Position numbers and translations under genes: made by a program. Under the pieces are notes generated by a model. That model made no database searches. It was not told where the DNA came from and saw nothing but the letters and a program-made list of their open reading frames with translations. 64,000 nucleotides of DNA, taken from the human T2T-CHM13v2.0 reference genome, Homo sapiens. The first letter of the stretch is position 1; every line of letters starts with the position of its first letter. Location: the NCBI RefSeq assembly GCF_009914755.1, contig NC_060925.1. One strand, given 5' to 3'. Below are positions 59,366 to 64,000 of the stretch, one piece after another.

Positions 59366-60517
59366 AAACAGCACCACCACCATCAAGGAAAGCCTGTTCC
59401 CAACCTCCAATTCCAGCTCACTAGCTCAGCCTGTCTCATTCCCCTTTTTCTCTCTCCCCTCTCCTCCCTGCCCCTTTCCTCACTTTGCCCCCACCTGTCC
59501 TCACCATCCCACCCCATACCTCCAAGCTCACAGCTAGAACTGACCAAAGGCCCAGTTATTTATTTACAAAGTCCATGTCCAGAACTGTACCAGCCTCAGC
59601 GGTGTGGAATAAACTGGTGTGGCCAGGTCCATTGTGCTGATGCCTCAAGAGATCCAGGCTGGTACAGATGGGTCTGGCACATTCTGTACCTGCCAGCCAA
59701 GCAGAGCATCCAGCTTACTTCTCACTCGACTCCTTACATAACGCTCGTCGGGTACTCTCCATTCCTTGGGCTTAAATTCCATAGTGTAATATTAGTAAAC
59801 CAGGCTAAATGATCCTAAGGATCTTGCTAGCTCTGACGCACCGTGATCTTGCATCCAATTCAGTTCACTCTGTAATAAATAATCATAATAACAATAGTAA
59901 TTTTCCAAATAGCTAACAGTTATTGTGTACTGTATGCTAAGCACTATTCTATGTATTTCATGTGAATGTTTAACATTCATAACACCACTTATCATGTAGA
60001 CATCATTTACTGCCCTAATTTACAGTGAACTGGAGCTCCGAGAGTCACGTTGATTTAACCACAGTCCCAGGCTACCAAGTGTCCAAGCTGTGCTGCTTCC
60101 AAGCTGCCTGACCCAGACCTGAGCTCTTAACCTCTCAATGGGCATCCAGGTCGAAAGCAGAATCTCTGGCTCAAGTGCCGACTGCCCAGCTGTTTCAGAA
60201 CTCCACCATGCACCCAACTGCTCCTCCAGGACTTCCCTACGGATGTGTTGCAGGCTCTGAAACGTCACACATCCACGCCGCATCCTCATCCCACACATGC
60301 TCCTGCTTGTCCCTGGCATCTGCCATTCTCAGTGCCATTCACTAGCCTATATGATGCCTTCGAATCAGAGGAAGTTACCTCTCCCTCCAGGGATACGGGC
60401 CCACACCTGGTCTCAGGGACCCTTTAGTGGAGGCACAGTCTATATAGCCCAGAGCAGTGCCCCTGATGCCATCGTCTTCCAATTTGCTCAGAGCAGACAC
60501 TGGGATTCATCCTTAAT

Positions 60518-60610
60518 ATCTCTCTCTTCTCTCTCTCTCTCTCTCTCCCCCTCTCTCCCTCTCTCTCTCTCTCTCTCCCCCTCCCCCTCCCCCTCCCCCT
60601 CCCCCTCCCT

Positions 60611-60651
<41 letters not shown>
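60518..60651. repeat. (CT)n / (CCCCCT)n polypyrimidine tract
   Basis: ~130 bp of C/T only. Confidence 0.95.
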
Positions 60652-60653
<2 letters not shown>

Positions 60654-61850
60654 GGAGGCCCCACTGCCCTTGCATTCCACAGGAAGTCCCAGTTGCTGGC
60701 ATGACCTGAGAGGTTCCTGGGACCACGCCATGGAAATGCGTCCGGCCCCAGTGTGACGGGGAAGAGCCGCGCCTGAAGCTCAACTTCCGAGGCTCTCATC
60801 AATCTACGCTTCCTTTGGAGCGTGCAGCCACCAGGTGGCAGCCGAGGCCACGGGCAGACAGAAAAGCTCCCGAAACTGAAGGACTGCCAGGCAGCAGAGT
60901 TCCGGAGGGCTCCCAGGACCTTCAACCAGAAAGAGACAGAGCATATGCGCATATGTATGTCTGAGCCCGTGCACGGAGGAGGAGTATGAACAGACACCGC
61001 GGGACAGATGGCTGGAGTTTAGTCCCTTCCTTCGGGGCTCTTCACCACTCCTTGGGCTTCCCTTCTCCTGTCCAGCCCTGTCCTGGGTGCACAGAGAGGG
61101 AAGTCACTCCATTCCTGCCCTTGAGGAGCTCCCAGACCCAGGGCAGGAGCAGGATGCAGACAAGTAGACAGCACCCTGGGGTGGGTGGAGTGAGTGGGGC
61201 AGGTGGGGCGGGTGCAAAGAGAGGGAGGAGCAGGGGCTGAAGTTGCCCGGAGGAAGTGCTGAACCCAGGAGTGGGGAAAGGAGCATCTGGGAAGAAATGG
61301 CATCTACGCTGATCATGGAGGGCTTTCTGGCAAGTCTCAGGAGCAATAATAACACGGATGTCATCTCTGTTTCCTCCCAGCAGCCCTGCAAGGAATGTAC
61401 TATAGAGCCAATTTTACCGGCAAAGGAATGGAAGATCTGAAAGGCTAGGCGATCCCACAAGCATCGAGGAGCAGGCTGGAATTTGAACCAATCGGCATGA
61501 TTCCCAAGCTCAAGCTTTTGGCCACCCCTGCACTGCCAGGGACAAAAAAAAAAAAAAAAAAAAAAACCCTGGGAGGAGAGCCAAGCTAGGGAGTCAAGAC
61601 CCTCCAGCCAGGTCTGGATGGGAGGCAGGTGCCTCCACCCTGGTCCCAGAGCAAGTTCTGCTGGCTTCAGCCACCTGACTTCCCTGTGAAGGTGGGTAGA
61701 GGCCAGAGCAGACTGTGTGTGATTCTGGCCCCAGCCCCAGCACCTCTACCCCCACCTTTACTACCCCTAGGCTGCGGGAAGAGGCTTTGCCCAGCAATAG
61801 TCCTGATCTAATGGATCCTTGAAGCACAATAAACAGATAGCATTTCTGCA
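60650..61850 (+). ncRNA. LINC00853: CpG-enriched, probably bidirectional promoter and LINC00853 (ncRNA-a4) region; boundaries approximate
   Basis: CpG-rich patch at ~60650-61010 and AATAAA at 61828-61833; the name comes from recalled locus position, and exons cannot be defined from sequence. Confidence 0.5.
60827..60842 (+). promoter_or_regulatory. CTCF motif (probably the TAL1 +53 site)
   Basis: CCACCAGGTGGCAG is a perfect match to CCASYAGRKGGCRS; identity of the site is inferred from recalled locus position. Confidence 0.75.
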
Positions 61851-62699
61851 TGTGTCACTCTGAGTATGACGGCAGTAATCTTGAAACTCCCCTTGACCAC
61901 CTGGCACTCTGGAGACGGAACTCCACAGCCTGTTTTCAAAGCCAACTCCTGGCTGGAAGTTCCTCTTCAAGTCTAAATGAAGTAAGCAGTGCTGCAGTCT
62001 TCCCTCAACTGTGCAGTTGCTGGGTGGAGGCTTTTCTTTTCTGCCTGAGTTTGGGTATAACCTATAATGTAACCCTATGAAACTTACATGTTTTAGGTGG
62101 GAGAGGGGAAAACAAGGTGCAAGCCCTGTTCCAGGAAGAGCAAAAATGTCCTCAACAGTAAGAGGACATTCTGGGCTGAGAGCCAGGGCTTGAGGCAGCC
62201 TGCAATCCTGGCAGATAGCTGGTGGAAGGGACCACAGAGAGATGATACCACACACAGAAGTGAGACCAATGAGATCGTGGGAACTGCCCGGCCAAGGGTT
62301 GACATCAAGGAAGCTTAGGAGGCAGGGGACAGCTGGGAAGGGGACAACCAAGAGAACCAGCTGGAAACTGAAAAGGGATGCAAGAGAGAAAGAGGAGGTG
62401 GGCACTGAGCTCAGGTGGAGGAGGAGAAAGGCAAACAGGAGAGAGAGAGGCAGAGGATGAGACAAAAACAGAGGTGGAGAGACTGAGAAACAGGGAGACA
62501 GAGATGGATGGAGGCTGGGAGAGACAAAGAGGAGACAGGCCTGGGCAGGAGAGGTCCTACGTGGGGAGAAAAGGTTGGGAAGAGAGCAGGAAAGAGAGAA
62601 GGAGCACAGGTGTCTGGAGGTTCCCACCAGGCCCAGCCCACCCCTCCTGCAGGCTGGGTCTCTCCCTTGTCTGCCAATCACGAAGCTCAGGATCCCCTC

Positions 62700-63000
62700 C
62701 CTCAGGGCTGGGGGTGGAGAGCTCGCCTCCAGCCCCGCCCTAGTCCAGAGGCTCCCCCTCCCCAGGCCCTGGGAGGCTGCCCCTGGGACTGGCTGTGCAG
62801 CGATAGATGGTGGGGGCCCAGCTGGTGCGTTATCAGCCTTCTCCAGGAGCGCGCCTGAGCCACTCCGTGGCTGCCAGTCTGAGATTAGGCCCCCGGAGGG
62901 TCATTAAGCGCCACCCTGGCCCGGGCCCAGCCTCCTTTCCCTCCCCGATCTGGCCAGGCTGGCAGGTGGGAATGAGCGATAAGGATTGGGGGTCTCAGCA
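62700..63000. promoter_or_regulatory. GATA/E-box enhancer, likely the TAL1/SCL +51 erythroid enhancer (mouse +40)
   Basis: CAGGTG-N9-GATAAG (62963-62983); CTG-N9-GATAA on the - strand (62830-62846); CAGCTG at 62819; CACCC/GC boxes at ~62710-62740. Confidence 0.75.
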
Positions 63001-64000
63001 GTTCTGGGGCCAGCAGCTCCCTGCTCCCAGCACTCCCCTCTGGATCAGGGCAGGAACATGGGGTGAGGGTGAAGGGCTGTAAGGTCAGTGCCGGCCCAGC
63101 CCCTGCAGGAGCCCCTAGGGTTCCCACTCTCCTAGATCTGCCCATATTGAGCAAGACAGAATGAGAAGGGGGCCAAGGAGGCTCTTGGAGAGGCCTCAGA
63201 CAGCTGCTGGGGAGCAAGGTGAGCCCAGGCAGAAGCAGGCTTCTCCTGGCAAAACCTCACAGGTGTGAGGGGCTGGGATTCACTTGCTGCAGGGAGACAG
63301 GGATGGTGGCTCTGCCTTCTGGCCCTGGCAGGCTGGTGGAGTGACCTGACTCGAACCCACTCCCACCCCCCAGGGACAACTGAGGGCAGAGCTGGGAGGA
63401 AATGTGGCCTCGTGCAAGGAGAATCGGATCCGGCAGTCAGAAGCTTCCCACCAGGAGACAGGAAAGGAAGAGGGGACTGTTTGTGCCTTAGCAGAGGCCT
63501 GACCCTCTAGGAACCTCTGTCTCTCCTTCAGTGAGTGGAGAAGCTGGGCTGGCTGCTGGCCTGGCTTTGCCCTCTGGTCTAATCAAGGAAGACTTCCCAG
63601 AAGAGGAGGAACCTTGGTTGGGTCAAGAAAAAACAATGCGCAGAGTTTAAACTGGCAGAGGTGGGGTGAAAAGGCATGAGTCACAGGCAGCCACGTAAGC
63701 AAAAGCCTAGAGTAGAAATCACAAGCCACAGTTCATTAAGCCGAAGCCCAGAGAGGGGAGGTGACTTGTCTCAAGACACGCAGAAAAGCAAGGATAGGCC
63801 TGGAGCAAAGCCGCTGCTCCCCCACCCACAGGCCTCTTCCCTCTGCTGCAGGCTGCATCCTAAACCCAATGAGGTGAGAAGAGATGATTCCCATTTAAGA
63901 TGAGTCTTCCCCAGTGGTACTTGGTGAAGCCTTGGAATAGCAAAACAATGGCCATAACATAAAGCAAGGGGGCTGTGACAGGTTGAGACAAGTGGCAGAG

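Noticed and set aside
59585-59667. 12-bp inverted repeat ctgtaccagcct / aggctggtacag
   Set aside because: Short, with a 59-nt spacer and no TSD or extended stem; compatible with chance.
60297-60997. ORFs with RE, GE or SL dipeptide repeats
   Set aside because: Translations of the (CT)n/(GA)n tract.
61767-62681. 304-aa ORF on the - strand
   Set aside because: Low-complexity Leu/Ser/Pro sequence arising from a GA-rich tract; no recognisable domain, and it does not begin at an ATG.
63677-63683. AP-1 site TGAGTCA
   Set aside because: A single 7-mer whose flanks do not complete an ARE/MARE; too weak alone.

Overview
Human (primate) genomic DNA that I recognise as the 1p33 CYP4ABXZ cluster; the neighbours CYP4Z1 (left) and PDZK1IP1/TAL1 (right) are recalled, not visible here. 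The only intact protein-coding gene is CYP4A22 (+ strand, 12 exons, CDS 18930-30241, 1560 nt, 519 aa, all introns GT-AG). More than half of the window is transposon-derived: nested L1s, Alus, solo LTR5A and LTR14-type LTRs, MaLR LTRs, MER30 and an ERV1 internal fragment. Nearly all supplied ORFs outside the CYP4A22 exons are L1 fragments or spurious. The strongest finding is a decayed CYP4Z-like gene fossil at 54100-54993: exons 5 and 6, with exon 5 split by an MLT1A0 LTR. An old ~2 kb direct duplication (8969-11259 vs 42187-44082) lies upstream of both CYP4A22 and this fossil, suggesting a lost tandem CYP4 unit. Other observations are an ancient ND1 NUMT, TE-supplied polyA signals for CYP4A22, several unusual L1/Alu junctions, and, at the right end, CTCF and GATA/E-box elements that fit the TAL1 downstream regulatory region. 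I see no evidence of a wholly new type of biological system. Repeat subfamily calls are by eye from remembered consensus sequences and need RepeatMasker/Dfam confirmation.
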